Shown here: positions 27,201 to 38,013 of the stretch, one piece after another
Position numbering within the stretch: position 1 is the stretch's first letter
Layout of the letters: each line of letters starts with the position of its first letter
The notes under the pieces: model-generated
The model's database searches: none
Seen by the model: the letters and a program-made list of their open reading frames with translations, nothing else
What the model was told of the DNA's origin: nothing
Program-made: the position numbers and the translations under genes
Source of the DNA: Styela clava
Lineage: Eukaryota
Reading direction: 5' to 3'
DNA length: 64,000 nucleotides
Assembly: GCF_964204865.1 (NCBI RefSeq)
Contig: NC_135257.1
Coordinates: forward strand, 6,696,001 to 6,760,000

Positions 27201-27893
27201 AACCAAAATTGGCCAGTACTGATAACCATCATCGCCGAAACAGAACAAAGCTTCAATCTTTTGTGCGAGAATATGCGAGTACATTTGTCTGATTAAAGTA
27301 CCAGAGGTCCGCAAAAAAAAATAAAATTGGCCATTGGGTTAGGTCATGTTGAAAAAAGTTTGAAGAACACTGATCTACAACATATTAAATTTACCGTTGC
27401 TGTCAAATTAGGACATGAAGTTGACAATAGTGGTTCCACTTCCTCCTCATCTTCACTTGAAATATATCCCAGGTTATGAAGTTGTGTATCGTACATACTT
27501 GTACATCTGAAATTAAAAATAATTATTCTAATTTGTTCACAAATCTAGATAATCTTGGTGAGCAATGGACTGAATTCTCAGTGGGTAAAATTAGACCACA
27601 AAATAATTCAGCCAATTATATTGTCTAATTGACAAACTAAAATGCTTAAAGTAATTCATAAGAAATAACTGTTGTATTTCTTAACTGTCATATAAGTCTA
27701 ACCAAACAAATTCAAAACTGAGAAATATAATTCTATTATAACATTGTTAAAACCAACATTAAATATATGATTCAATTCAGAAAAAGTATGCTCTTGAAAC
27801 CTACCTATTTTTCCCTTGTTTCATGTCAGTTTGATTCGTTGCATCTTGTAAACTTTGGTCCAGAGCGCTGTCATCAACTAGACTAAATGCCAT
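18295..27893 (-). CDS. ADIPOR: Adiponectin receptor (AdipoR1/2-like, PAQR family)
   Basis: Exons 27805-27893, 27395-27506, 25575-25632, 24860-~25064, 22584-22741 (RWRVVSHFQLPDWQRDNEFLHHWHRPPMPSFRACFGSVFRLHSETGNIWTHLIG), 21925-22111 (FHTVGCHS), 21537-21624 (LDYSGIALMIMGSFVPW), 20933-21032, 19582-19713, 19090-19151 (RIPEKYFPGKCDLW) and 18295-18420 (FQSHQIFHILVV...QQ*). Zn-ligand His/Asp motifs are intact. The N-terminal exons are tentative. Confidence 0.93.
18829..19035. mobile_element. MITE with TACATTTGAACCC subterminal repeats (copy 1)
   Basis: Internally repeated CATTTG(A/G)ACCC / GGGTTCAAAT inverted units and a central GGGTTAGGGTTAG. Homologous to 30580-30766. Confidence 0.75.
19829..20626. 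mobile_element. Non-autonomous hAT (Buster-type) element in an AdipoR intron
   Basis: TIRs CAGGGGTAGCCAAC / GTTGGCCAACCCTG. TSD GTATAAAG / ATATAAAG (7/8). Subterminal TCGATCG motifs. Confidence 0.85.
23066..23292 (-). CDS. Candidate alternative first coding exon of AdipoR
   Basis: ATG at 23292 opens MQYAEFRNRRCRMSRDQDD...KVALLDFS. The exon ends AA|GTGAGA, a phase-2 donor matching the phase-2 acceptor of the 22741 exon. Confidence 0.5.
23933..24552 (+). mobile_element. Internally deleted Buster/Charlie hAT transposon
   Basis: Ends CAGTGCTTCC / GGGAAGCACTG. Relic N-terminal peptide KKYDTDYIKCGFIKARNDFGPKAQYVEC (about 24263-24347, resembling the BED-finger start of Buster transposases) and C-terminal RLDSIISTIQAHVSH* (about 24387-24434). 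TSD is degraded. Confidence 0.7.
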
Positions 27894-30579
27894 TATGACA
27901 ATAGCAGAAGAGTATTGGAAACAAATACTTAATCTAATTAAACTTTGTTTGGTTATTATATTAAATTATTTCTAAAAATAGATAAAAGAATATGAATCAC
28001 AACTTGCATCATAACAACTTCTCAGTTTAAATAATGCTATTACGCAGAATATATCGGAACAAGAGGTAGGTGGAAGATAAGTGTATAATTCAGTAGCAGT
28101 AATAAAGGATGATACAATTGATATCGAGAGAATAATTTACGTTTGTGACTTAAAAAAGCTACCAAACATAGGGGAAGCAATGTTGAATACCACAAAATAA
28201 TTAACACATAATATAACAGCTTTCATATACCTGGTCTATATGGGTTAACCAATCTGGTAAGCTGATTGAGTGCTGTTTATAAGATAATCTGCAATCAGGT
28301 AGCACTGCACAGAAGTACTTAATCTCAATGCCAGATGAAGGACTTAATGCCGATTTTCTACTGATTAACTTACCGTAACTAATGTCTGTCCGAATATAAA
28401 TAATCTAATAAAACAGAGGTAGATAACCATTCACGAAGGCTGACAAATGTTGATAGATGATTCTACGTTTAAGTGATATAATCAGTTCAACAATCAATCC
28501 ATATCCATCACAATAAATTGAATAGGATAAGAGAAATGTAAAAAATAACAGCACTTATAAATGTAGTGCTTCTCAAAAAATTTGAGATTGCAGTGCTAGC
28601 TTTAACTAGGGATGCGAAGAGTCCAGAATTTGATAGCTCATGCACTCAAATTGGATATTCAGAGTCGTATCTCGTATTTCCTTGCCAATTGGTGCTGAAC
28701 CATTCCAAGAATATATTTTTTTGCGTGTTGTTTGGCTATAATACAAACACGAATGTAGGGCAGTATGCCTTGTTGTAAACCGACCCACCGGTTTCGATGA
28801 ACTCTGAGCGTCTATTTAGCATAGGATGGTGTTGTATTCCGTTGGTGATGAACTTGGCTCCAAGTGAAATTTTGTAGCTTTCAAAAAAATTCTTTTTTCC
28901 GGAAGAAAATCGCATGTAATAAAGTTAATTTAAAAGAGTTCTTGATGATATAAGCCCTTAAGTTGATAGCCTACCCTTTATATTTTGTGTTTTATTAATT
29001 TGTTATGCATGAATAATAACAGTGATCGTGGAAAAGCATGGCAGACCGAAAACTCGAATACATTGTGCCATCACATCCATTTAGTTCATATATATAAGAA
29101 CAACGTTTTTAATCGCACCAAAAGAGTAAACATATCCAATTACTTGGAGTTCATCATAGGTACTCGTTGTTTCATTGCGGCAACATTGACATTAGTGATC
29201 AATCTAACAATTTTATTTCAACTAGAGCGGAAATACAAACAAGTCAACTGATAAGTACAAATTTTATTTTTTCTCGGTTCACTCAATGAGTGATTTTAAA
29301 TTGGTTTAATATGAAAAATGTACAAAATAGGGAGCAAGTTTACTAATCGGTGTTCCCTTTCTGCCTTTCCAAATAATATGGCGGGCACCAGGTAATCAAA
29401 ACGTAATGTGCGATTAAGCAAAGGACCAGTGCCAAGGGGGCTGATTAGAATCCGGAATCACTAGCTACCAGCGAAAGCGAACACAATACAAACAAAAGGT
29501 CAAAACACTGAAAAACCCTATGCCATTAGTAAACCAATATATAATCCTATTCAATGTAAAGAATGCCCTCGATAAAAAAAAATCGATAGAAACTTTGATT
29601 GCTAGTTTTTATGTGCAGCAATTGGACTGCCGTCAAATTTTAGTATCTGCATGTATGCGTGTTCTAGAATTTGTTTTTTTGTGTTCGTTTTGCAATCTCT
29701 TCAATCACATGTAAATATTGCCCAAATGCGTTGATTTGACTGAAACTGTTTGTGTCTGACACACTATCAACTTTATTATCATTTTTGTAACTTTTATGTG
29801 TGAAACGCCCCAGGAGCCTTTTACTGCTGCTCATCGAGTCTTTTGATTATTTCAGTATTAATAAATATATTATTCTGTTATTTGGGTTACTTTTGGTAAG
29901 TTTATTCTTAAGTTTTGCTCGTTTTCCAGGCATTTTTGTTACATGCTTCGTTAGTTTCATCAAGTTTTGTGTTTTCAGAATGCCGAAATGAATTGTGCTG
30001 TACCGCAATTCGTCTTACCGTACCGGTAACTACCTGAAAAAAAAGACAAAACTTATCATAAACCGAACATCTTAATTTCATATTTAAAATAATGCTTCCA
30101 ATAATTTTTGTAATTACTTTTCTAAGAGTTTGTCTACTCTAGAATTTGCTATATTTGTTCTCCACATTATATTGCATTTTCATACCTGTCTCATAAACTT
30201 TCGCCATATCAAAAATGAAATCCCGTATCCGACGTCGAAAAAATTTCTCCTGCCAGTCTTCTTCAATGTCACCGACAATGGTAAAGTCACAATGGTCACA
30301 TGACAAAAATTTGCCTGATACAGTGTGGTGCTAGGTGTATCTTCACTTTCTTAAAGTATGGCACCAGTACCGGTACCCTATTCGTATTTGCAGTAATACC
30401 GTATATTCTCAAAATGAATGGATATCGGTACCGTATATTTATAATTAACTCTGTAATAAGTATGGCACCGGTACTATCTTACCTAACAAACTCTTTTTAT
30501 TTGATCAGTAGCCATTGCGCTCGGTTTCCACTGGGGGCGAATTTTGCCAAATTAGAATGTTTACTGGTACGAGCTCGAT

Positions 30580-30766
30580 GGTGACCGTACATTTGAACCC
30601 ACGTACATTTGAACCCATGTCTATATCCGCGGGTTCAATCAATATGCGGGTGCTGAAACCCATGGGTTAGGGTTAGTATGGGTTCAACTATCCGTACAAC
30701 AAAAAAATTTCCATAGGTGCAATAGTATGCAGGTGCAATTGACATGGGTTCAAATGTAATGGAACC
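30580..30766. mobile_element. MITE with 9-bp TSD in the AdipoR/CENPV divergent region (copy 2)
   Basis: Ends GGTGACCGTACATTTGAACCC / GGGTTCAAATGTAATGGAACC. TSD GAGCTCGAT at 30571-30579 and 30767-30775. MULE- or Merlin-like. Confidence 0.85.
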
Positions 30767-31196
30767 GAGCTCGATATGTACCGGTACGCCAGGGGCAAAG
30801 CGGCTGGTCGTGGAAAGGACGCCGAGTGACTGCGGAGGTGAATTTTCAACCATAGTCCTGTAGTCGCGTGTGCACACTGCAGCTCTGCTGTGATTAATGG
30901 ATTTCTGGTGCGATATTGGCGGGTTGCGCGTATAAACTTACCGGTATAATTCCCAGATCGGTCTTTAGAATAGATTATTTTTGAAGTGTTCCACTGATTC
31001 CATCGCAGTATCTTATTGAAACCATTCCAACAATTTGGTTCGTTCTAATTAATATCTGTATGGGGTTTAAGTGTGCACCTGTTGTACAATTGTGCCTCCG
31101 GAAGAATTGTAAAGTTAGTTCAATAGATCATTTATATAATAACATTTGTTTCACTATTAGTTTCCCATATCTTTTACAGTATTATACAAATTTATA

Positions 31197-31977
31197 ATGG
31201 CATCCAAGAAGAAAGTGAAACATCATGGAGGTTGTCATTGCGGAGCTGTCAAGTTTGAGGTTTATGCCTCTGAAGAATTATATGTTTATGACTGCAAGTA
31301 ATTTTCTCTTGTTTTTAGACATAGAACACATAGCCTACTTGAAATATTGTCACAGCATTTCGACGATTCATATATTATGTTATAATACCGCTTCAAGACA
31401 AATTTCTTTCATTCTTATGCAACAGTTAGGCCTTATGATCTGATGACATCAATATATATATTATTGACAGATATGCCATCTTTTAGAATCAATCCATAGG
31501 TTTTGTTAGAAGAGCGCAACAGACTAAGTCCTCATTGAACCATGTTATAGCATTGTCATTACTTTCTCTCAGTTGCAGCATTTGTGTAAAGAAACACAAT
31601 ATTCACTTCATTGTGCCGGAAAAGGACTTTGAGCTAATCCAAGGATCCGATGCTTTGACCACTTATACTTTCAACACAGGCATTGCCAAGCATATGTTCT
31701 GTAAAATTTGCGGGGTCCAGAGTTTTTATAGGCCTCGCTCTAACCCGGATGGATATGGTGAGTGAGATATCCAGATGATTAGAAAAGAATTTATTTTTCA
31801 TTTTTAACATTTGTATAATATGAAAATAAATTATATCATGCAGGCGTCAACCCAAACTCGTTAGATCACTCCACAGTGAAAAGTATAACAATTGAAAAAT
31901 ATGATGGCCAAAATTGGGAAGCTTCATTCGATGAACAACTGGAGAAGCCTGTACCAATACAATCCTGGTCAAAATAG
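31197..31977 (+). CDS. CENPV: Centromere protein V (GFA/Mss4-like Zn domain)
   Basis: Exons 31197-31297 (MASKKKVKHHGGCHCGAVKFEV...DCN), 31573-31757 (CSIC...YTFNTGIAKHMFCKICGVQSFYRPRSNPDGY) and 31844-31977 (GVNPNSLD...YDGQNWE...SK*). AATAAA at 32035. Confidence 0.92.
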
Positions 31978-32179
31978 CATCATCAGTACAAGCAATGCAT
32001 AATTGGAAAAATCATCGGTGCTTAATTACTAATCAATAAAGATGGTCCAAGAAATACCACATGGATCCATTGTGACCTGGAAATGCCAAGAGAATTATAC
32101 AAGGCAGTTGCAGCCAACTCACTTTCATAATTGATTAATTAATCGGGTTGCAGGCATACTACAATTAGGCGAATCAAGT

Positions 32180-34860
32180 TTATAATTTTGAGTATTCGAC
32201 ATCTGCTGGTGTTTTCTTTGCCATAAATGCTTGTGCTGATTTTGTAATATCTTCAGTCTGCAACATAGCTGCATTCCATGATGCCTGAACAGTGCAAAAA
32301 TAACCATACTTATCCAAGTACTGGTTTCGTAAGGAGTCCTAAAGGATCTACAGAATTTTCTCAATATATCGGGTTGATTTTTAAATAAAATTTCAATGTG
32401 TGCTAATGTTTCATCAATCCAGTGGTATTGTTGAATGATTCAAAAAGTTTGTCGAGATGAGTGCAGATTCCAAATTGAAACTTTTTTGCATCAGATTATC
32501 AAACATTGGCATGTGTAATCTCAAGGCACTTTGTTCATAATTATCATTATTCTGCAAAGGATAATTGGATATAACATTATTACATACCATATAATCCAGC
32601 CCCTCCTGTGTTGTGTGATCCCTTGAGTAATTCATATGTATTTTGGTGCTTTGGACCGCAACAGGACTCTTGGTTGCAATAAGAGAAGCTAATTCCATGG
32701 CCGCTTCCATCATAGAATCTTTATCATCATAAACTCGACTGAAAAATTCGCTTTAACTATCAATCCAGTGGAGCACCAGTAGCCCCAAAGATGATAACAG
32801 AGGCAGTAAGTCAGTAACTAAAACTTATAGCTAGAGGAGGAAAGCAGTAGTTACCTGACCAAACCTATCTGTTTGGCTTCATCTGCTTCTAGTTTTCTGG
32901 CAGTTAAACATAGTTCTCTTGCAACACTGTCATTACCAATTACTTTAGGCAGTCTTTGCAAAGTTCCAACATCAGGGGCCAAACCAACATCAATCTCCTG
33001 AAGTTGAAAAAAAAATATTATGACAAAAATGGAATCTCACTCCACCTGATTAAAGTCTCAACTTGCATTATAAGAGATTAGATTATGGTATTTCGCAGTG
33101 TTGTACATCAATACAGCCTATTTCAAGTTATTGCTGCAACAATCTATAGAATTTCTCATACTACATCAATCTGCTCATTGGATCGTTTTTTATTGGAATA
33201 TTAGCTATGCAGACTTCCTCAAAAGTCCCTGATTCAAGTTTACCCAACGCTATTATTCAGTTGTTATAAGCACCTGCTCAACTGATTTCAACTTATTCAA
33301 GCATCCTTGTTACACCTAGATCCAGCAGTACAAGGAACATTGGAATGAAGGATAGGTAGTTTGGTAAAACAATCCAATCATTCAGCTTTGGGGTGATTTC
33401 AAATCATATACATGCAATGTAAATTTAAAATGTTATATCATCACTTGTCCGTTTGTCAAATATTATGCGCTCCATATTGACTTTATGTTTTATGAAATTC
33501 TCAACATACTTTGGCTAAGTAATATGCATCTTTTGTTTGAAGTCTGATATCACATGCTGTTATTGCATCTACACCAACTCCGATACAACCATTGTGAACT
33601 GCAGCAATCACAGGCTTTTGGCACTTGAAATGAAAACATGCAAAATTATATCACTGCAGTAACGAATATACCTTAGCGCAGAAATAGGATTCGTTGGTGC
33701 AGAGTCTCACATCACAAGCTGTGATTAGATCCACTCCTCCACCCACACAACCACCATGGACAGACACCAGCACTGGTTTGCTGCACTGTATAATTGTGTT
33801 ATAAATTAAGAACTACTTTTGACCAAAAATGAAAGGATCTTTGTTTGGTATACAGATATAATGCAGTCTTGCAATTTACAGTAATAAGGGTTGCTAATGC
33901 CAACTTGCTATAGCCCTTTTTCATTGTACAAGTTAAGAATTGAAAATATGACCAAATTTTCATAACAGTTTTGTATAAGAACCAATTGCATTTTAGATCG
34001 AAAAATTAGACTTACTATTTTGCAATCAATATATTAGAATTTGAAACAATTTAAGACTCTTGTCAAAATTCTTTCTATGAAACTGATATCAGAAATAATA
34101 ATAACTAGTAGCCACCCACCCGTTCAATAGAATTGCAACTTTCTTGAGCGAACTTGATAAAACCATGTATTCGAAATGCATTCCTTGCAACGTCACTGTT
34201 TGGATCTGGGGCAAGTGATGATGCAGCAGCCATGAGGTCCAGACCTAAAGCAAGACAATTTCACTGTTACAAATGAGGAAGGAATGAAAAAACAATGAAA
34301 GACATATCACCAGCACCTGCTGTAAACATTCTCCCTTTTCCCGATACCACAATGGCTCTTACATTGGAGTCTTTGGCTGCAATATCAAAGCATGATATCA
34401 TATCACTCCACATTTGGTTGTTCATTGCATTCAACTTGTCAGGTCTGTAAAGAAACAAAAAGATTTTGGACTTAATTGCCCTTGATAAACTTTATCATTT
34501 ATATATAATCATTATAGACAAGCTTACCTGTTCAATTCCACATGAAGTACAAAGTCCTTTGGGGATGTTACAGCTAGTGTTTCAAACTTATAGTTGCCAA
34601 CATCCGCTACATTTGCAGACATCGGTCTGACAGCTAAACGTTTCATGGCTAAAAACAAAGAGTTGAGTGTAAGCCATATTTAAATTGACTATAGTATTCA
34701 TCATTCTTTTTAACTGCTCGATCTCCCATGATAATGGTTATTCATATTCATTCTCTAGGGTTCAGAAACGAAGTTTTTCATATGAATATATATATATCAC
34801 TATATTAAATTATGGCTTACCATTCATGGTCTGCGTCATTATTCGAGATGATGACAACAT
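32180..34860 (-). CDS. ECH1: Delta(3,5)-Delta(2,4)-dienoyl-CoA isomerase, predicted dual mitochondrial/peroxisomal
   Basis: Exons 34821-34860 (MLSSSRIMTQTMN), 34528-34648, 34317-34444 (RPDKLNAM...GRMFTAG), 34120-34244, [33672-33785 or 33510-33623], 32855-32997 (EIDVGLAPDVGTLQRLPKVIG), 32588-32738 (KSPVAVQSTK) and 32180-32284 (ASWNAAMLQTED...EYSKL*). Arg/Ser-rich N-terminus and C-terminal SKL. Confidence 0.95.
33510..33623 (-). CDS. ECH1: ECH1 duplicated exon 5B
   Basis: tttcaag|TGC...AAA|gtatgt, 114 nt, phase 0-0, CQKPVIAAVHNGCIGVGVDAITACDIRLQTKDAYYLAK. Confidence 0.88.
33672..33785 (-). CDS. ECH1: ECH1 duplicated exon 5A
   Basis: tatacag|TGC...AAG|gtatat, 114 nt, phase 0-0, CSKPVLVSVHGGCVGGGVDLITACDVRLCTNESYFCAK. 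Confidence 0.88.
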
Positions 34861-35237
34861 TCTGTATGTTAAGTTAGACAATGTCTTTGGCAATTACCTT
34901 GTATTTAATGGTTAGAAAATTGGCAAATATCATTAAGATGCTCACAAATGATTTGAATGAAACATATCAATATAATTGGATTAGGATTTCCAGCTTTCAC
35001 CGACGGGTGTCGATATATCCCAGCTTGCTTGAAGCAAGTGTGAAACACCTATTGAAGATATTGAAATAAATTATGCATTTATCTTACACGAGTTATATTA
35101 CAATTGTTTATCACAGTGAAGTTGTTATTATCTGTTGCCATTATAGAAAAAATTTCCAATGTAACACAACCAACAAATATTGATACTTTAAATTGCAAAC
35201 ATCAGCATTGATCAATGTTTTCACTGGGTACTCGGTA

Positions 35238-35531
35238 TTATTTATTTGCTTTGAATATAGTTTCATGGTGGGGCTCATCCTTATAATACTTGTTTCTCAA
35301 TGTTCTGTATTTTTTCAGCATATACAATGCTTCAAGCTCCTTTATGATGTAATCCCCATGTTTCAACAACTGTTTGATTTTTTCTGGATCTTGGACATCT
35401 TTGTTTTTCATGAATGCATTGTGGCATTTATCACGAAAGTATGTGGAACCGAGTGGATAATCCTTTCCCATAAATATAAGGTTTTTATAGAGCGTTTTCA
35501 CAGCATAACGAAGTTCCCTGGCTGATGACAT
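35238..35531 (-). CDS. ETFRF1: Electron transfer flavoprotein regulatory factor 1 (LYR motif protein 5)
   Basis: 97-aa single-exon ORF with LYK motif and the family signature [21 protein letters not shown]...[15 protein letters not shown]...[14 protein letters not shown]. Confidence 0.93.
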   Translation of the reverse strand: MSSARELRYAVKTLYKNLIFMGKDYPLGSTYFRDKCHNAFMKNKDVQDPEKIKQLLKHGDYIIKELEALYMLKKYRTLRNKYYKDEPHHETIFKANK

Positions 35532-36864
35532 CCTTGAACTTATTCTTACATTATTTTAACAATATCTTATCTCTAAACTAAAGAACTTGCAAGACAAAAA
35601 CACCAAGATTATCCACAAATAATGTAATGATTGCAATTAATTTTCTTTTAACACACATTAGCACAATATCCGGTCTTCTTTATGTCACAAATAAATCAAA
35701 AAAATGATGATGCAAATAAGAAAATCTTTTTCTTGCTTTCTGGGTATAATTATAAACAAGTCACTAAATCGACAAAGAAAATCGAATATTCACACTTTTA
35801 TGCTGCTAGAATGTGCTTTAAAAATTTCCATTTGCCTCATAAATTTTCATCAGATGCATGGAGTAACCCCCCCACTCACTGAAAAAATCTGATTTAGTGG
35901 AATCGATAGCATTACAAAAATAATAAGAAACACAACTACTGTTCAACAAATTGCCCAGATTGCGCATCAAAACCATTATCTTGCATCAACACCGAATTTG
36001 CATTACCAAATGTAAATTATATATCCATTTTCTGTAAATTCAGCATTGCTGATACCCAGATACTTTGTCTATTGAACATAAAATGTGGACCAGTGTTACA
36101 CTCCAATAACAATTTCTGCAAATAATGATAACTTACCGGTATATATCATTTGCAATTCATGTATTTCAAGTATGCCACTCAGATAAATTTTATAAACTGA
36201 CAAGACAGTGCTTTTGATAAAATTACAAGCAACAGATATGGCAGGTCAGTGGTGGATACACAAGGATTTTGAGGTATTATCACGACAAGCTAGCAAATTA
36301 TCTTATTGACGTAAGTGCCAAACAGTACATAATTAGAAAAATTGTTTGCCATTTCAAATACCACACATAATTATTTTCTCAGTCTCATGGAAAATTTGTC
36401 TGGTTACTTGGCAAAACAAATACAAACGACTCGTTCACCCAACACATATCAATACCATTACTGAAACTAGGTCCTTGTGATACCAACTGCCACACCATCC
36501 CAATTTCAATGACTGGGCAGGGAAGTAGGAATAGACCATGAAAGAAATAAATGCCATTATAATTCAATGAGTATCAGTGCATAATCACATAACGCACTAC
36601 ACAACAAATGCTCTGCGATTAGAGAGCATGAAGGCAGCTATACTATATTACTGTATTACGACAATGTGAAAAAAACAGCAAAGACGAATGACATTGATTT
36701 TCAGTATAAAAAGCAAAAGTCAGACACTGAAATAAACTGTATTATCTAGCATCATCGTAAGCAAGATTAGCACAGAATGAAATTTAGTTTGAGTTGGAAA
36801 TGCAACATGAACAAGTCAGTCAACCAGTGGAACATATAGGAAATAATATTAATACTGCAACATT

Positions 36865-37395
36865 TCATTCCCTATGAACAAGAACAAACATTCCTAGTAA
36901 TGCTAACACTGCATATTTTAGTTTAGGATAATCATTCATCAATATAGTCACTATCCCGACATACGGGACAAAACCCCGTGCCCTTCCCACGACATCTTTC
37001 CGCTCAACCCACAGTTGGCCGGGCTTATATAGTCCTCTATCATCGACTGAATTGTTGTCACCTTTGGTGAGAAATTTTACTTTGCCATCCTCCCGCTCAT
37101 GCACCTTTATGGTTCTATGAACGATTGGGATGTCACGTCCCTCAATTTTAAAAACAACAATTTCGCCTGCGCGAATTGGGTCTTGTTGGTAATTAGTGAG
37201 AAATAGTAGATCTCCTCTGTAAAACGCTGGTTCCATACTGCCACTCAAAACAACAACAATTGGACTTTCGCTGCCAGTCACAACCATCATTCCCTTCCAT
37301 ATCATCAGCGCTGAAGACACAATCATTCCAAAATTCAAAACTTGAAAATACAGTTGTCTTTTGTTCAATCGTCGCATTTCATCGATGTACTCCAT
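36865..37395 (-). CDS. SEC11: Signal peptidase complex catalytic subunit SEC11, intronless CDS
   Basis: 176-aa uninterrupted ORF from the ATG at 37395: [25 protein letters not shown]...[14 protein letters not shown]...IPIVHR...TKGDNN..DDRGLY...VHRE*. Catalytic Ser/His/Asp motifs are present. Confidence 0.96.
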   Translation of the reverse strand: MEYIDEMRRLNKRQLYFQVLNFGMIVSSALMIWKGMMVVTGSESPIVVVLSGSMEPAFYRGDLLFLTNYQQDPIRAGEIVVFKIEGRDIPIVHRTIKVHEREDGKVKFLTKGDNNSVDDRGLYKPGQLWVERKDVVGRARGFVPYVGIVTILMNDYPKLKYAVLALLGMFVLVHRE

Positions 37396-38013
37396 AGCGC
37401 TCGAACTTTGATATGTGAATCGATATGACAGACAGACAGAAAAACGACTGAACAAGCGGCTGACCAGGAATGAGAGGAACGGGAGCTCGACGTGTACTTT
37501 TGGCGCTTACCAGAAATTTTTCACATTGATATAAAATGTCAATATTTTTGTAGTTTTCTTTCAATAAGTAACACAAAATTCATAAAAAATTTATATTGTA
37601 TAATTTATTATTATATACAATGTAATTGTTCACTGTTTTGCACGACACGTTTATTCATTCAATGGGAGCGTTATTGCCATAATCTGGCATCGCATATCAT
37701 TTAAGCTTTATTTCCCATATTATAACGTCACAAATATTAAATCAGCTGTAGCGTGCTAGTTCTGTTTTCATTGTCCACTGGCGTCATGATGATTTTTACA
37801 TAAAAAAGTGTCCGCCAAGTTGATGTGCCGACGGCAAGGTGAGCTAGAACGCGCATTAGTGTTTTATATACTCGATTTTGGGGTATTTTATTTATTTTTG
37901 TTTCATTGCTCTTGTCTTTTTACCTTAATAAATAGTAATCAAAATAACGCCATCTAATTACAGAAAGACAATAGGCTACTCGAACATTCGCTCGTGAACT
38001 AAGAATTTGTATA

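Noticed and set aside
26494-27373. Possible DNA transposon (TATAAGCCG repeats, hAT-like right end)
   Set aside because: No matching pair of termini or TSD could be defined; probably decayed fragments.
32414-32587. ORF read-through of ECH1 exon 7, a possible alternative last exon lacking SKL or a C/D snoRNA (ATGATAA...CTGA with a TTTGCA/TGCAAA stem)
   Set aside because: The peptide has no similarity to the ECH1 C-terminus. The C box is imperfect with non-canonical spacing and I recognised no rRNA target. It cannot be supported without RNA data.
35193-35525. 110-aa + strand ORF
   Set aside because: Antisense shadow of ETFRF1 with no recognisable motif. The same applies to the ORFs overlapping 8792-9241, 43407-43745 and 45133-45351.
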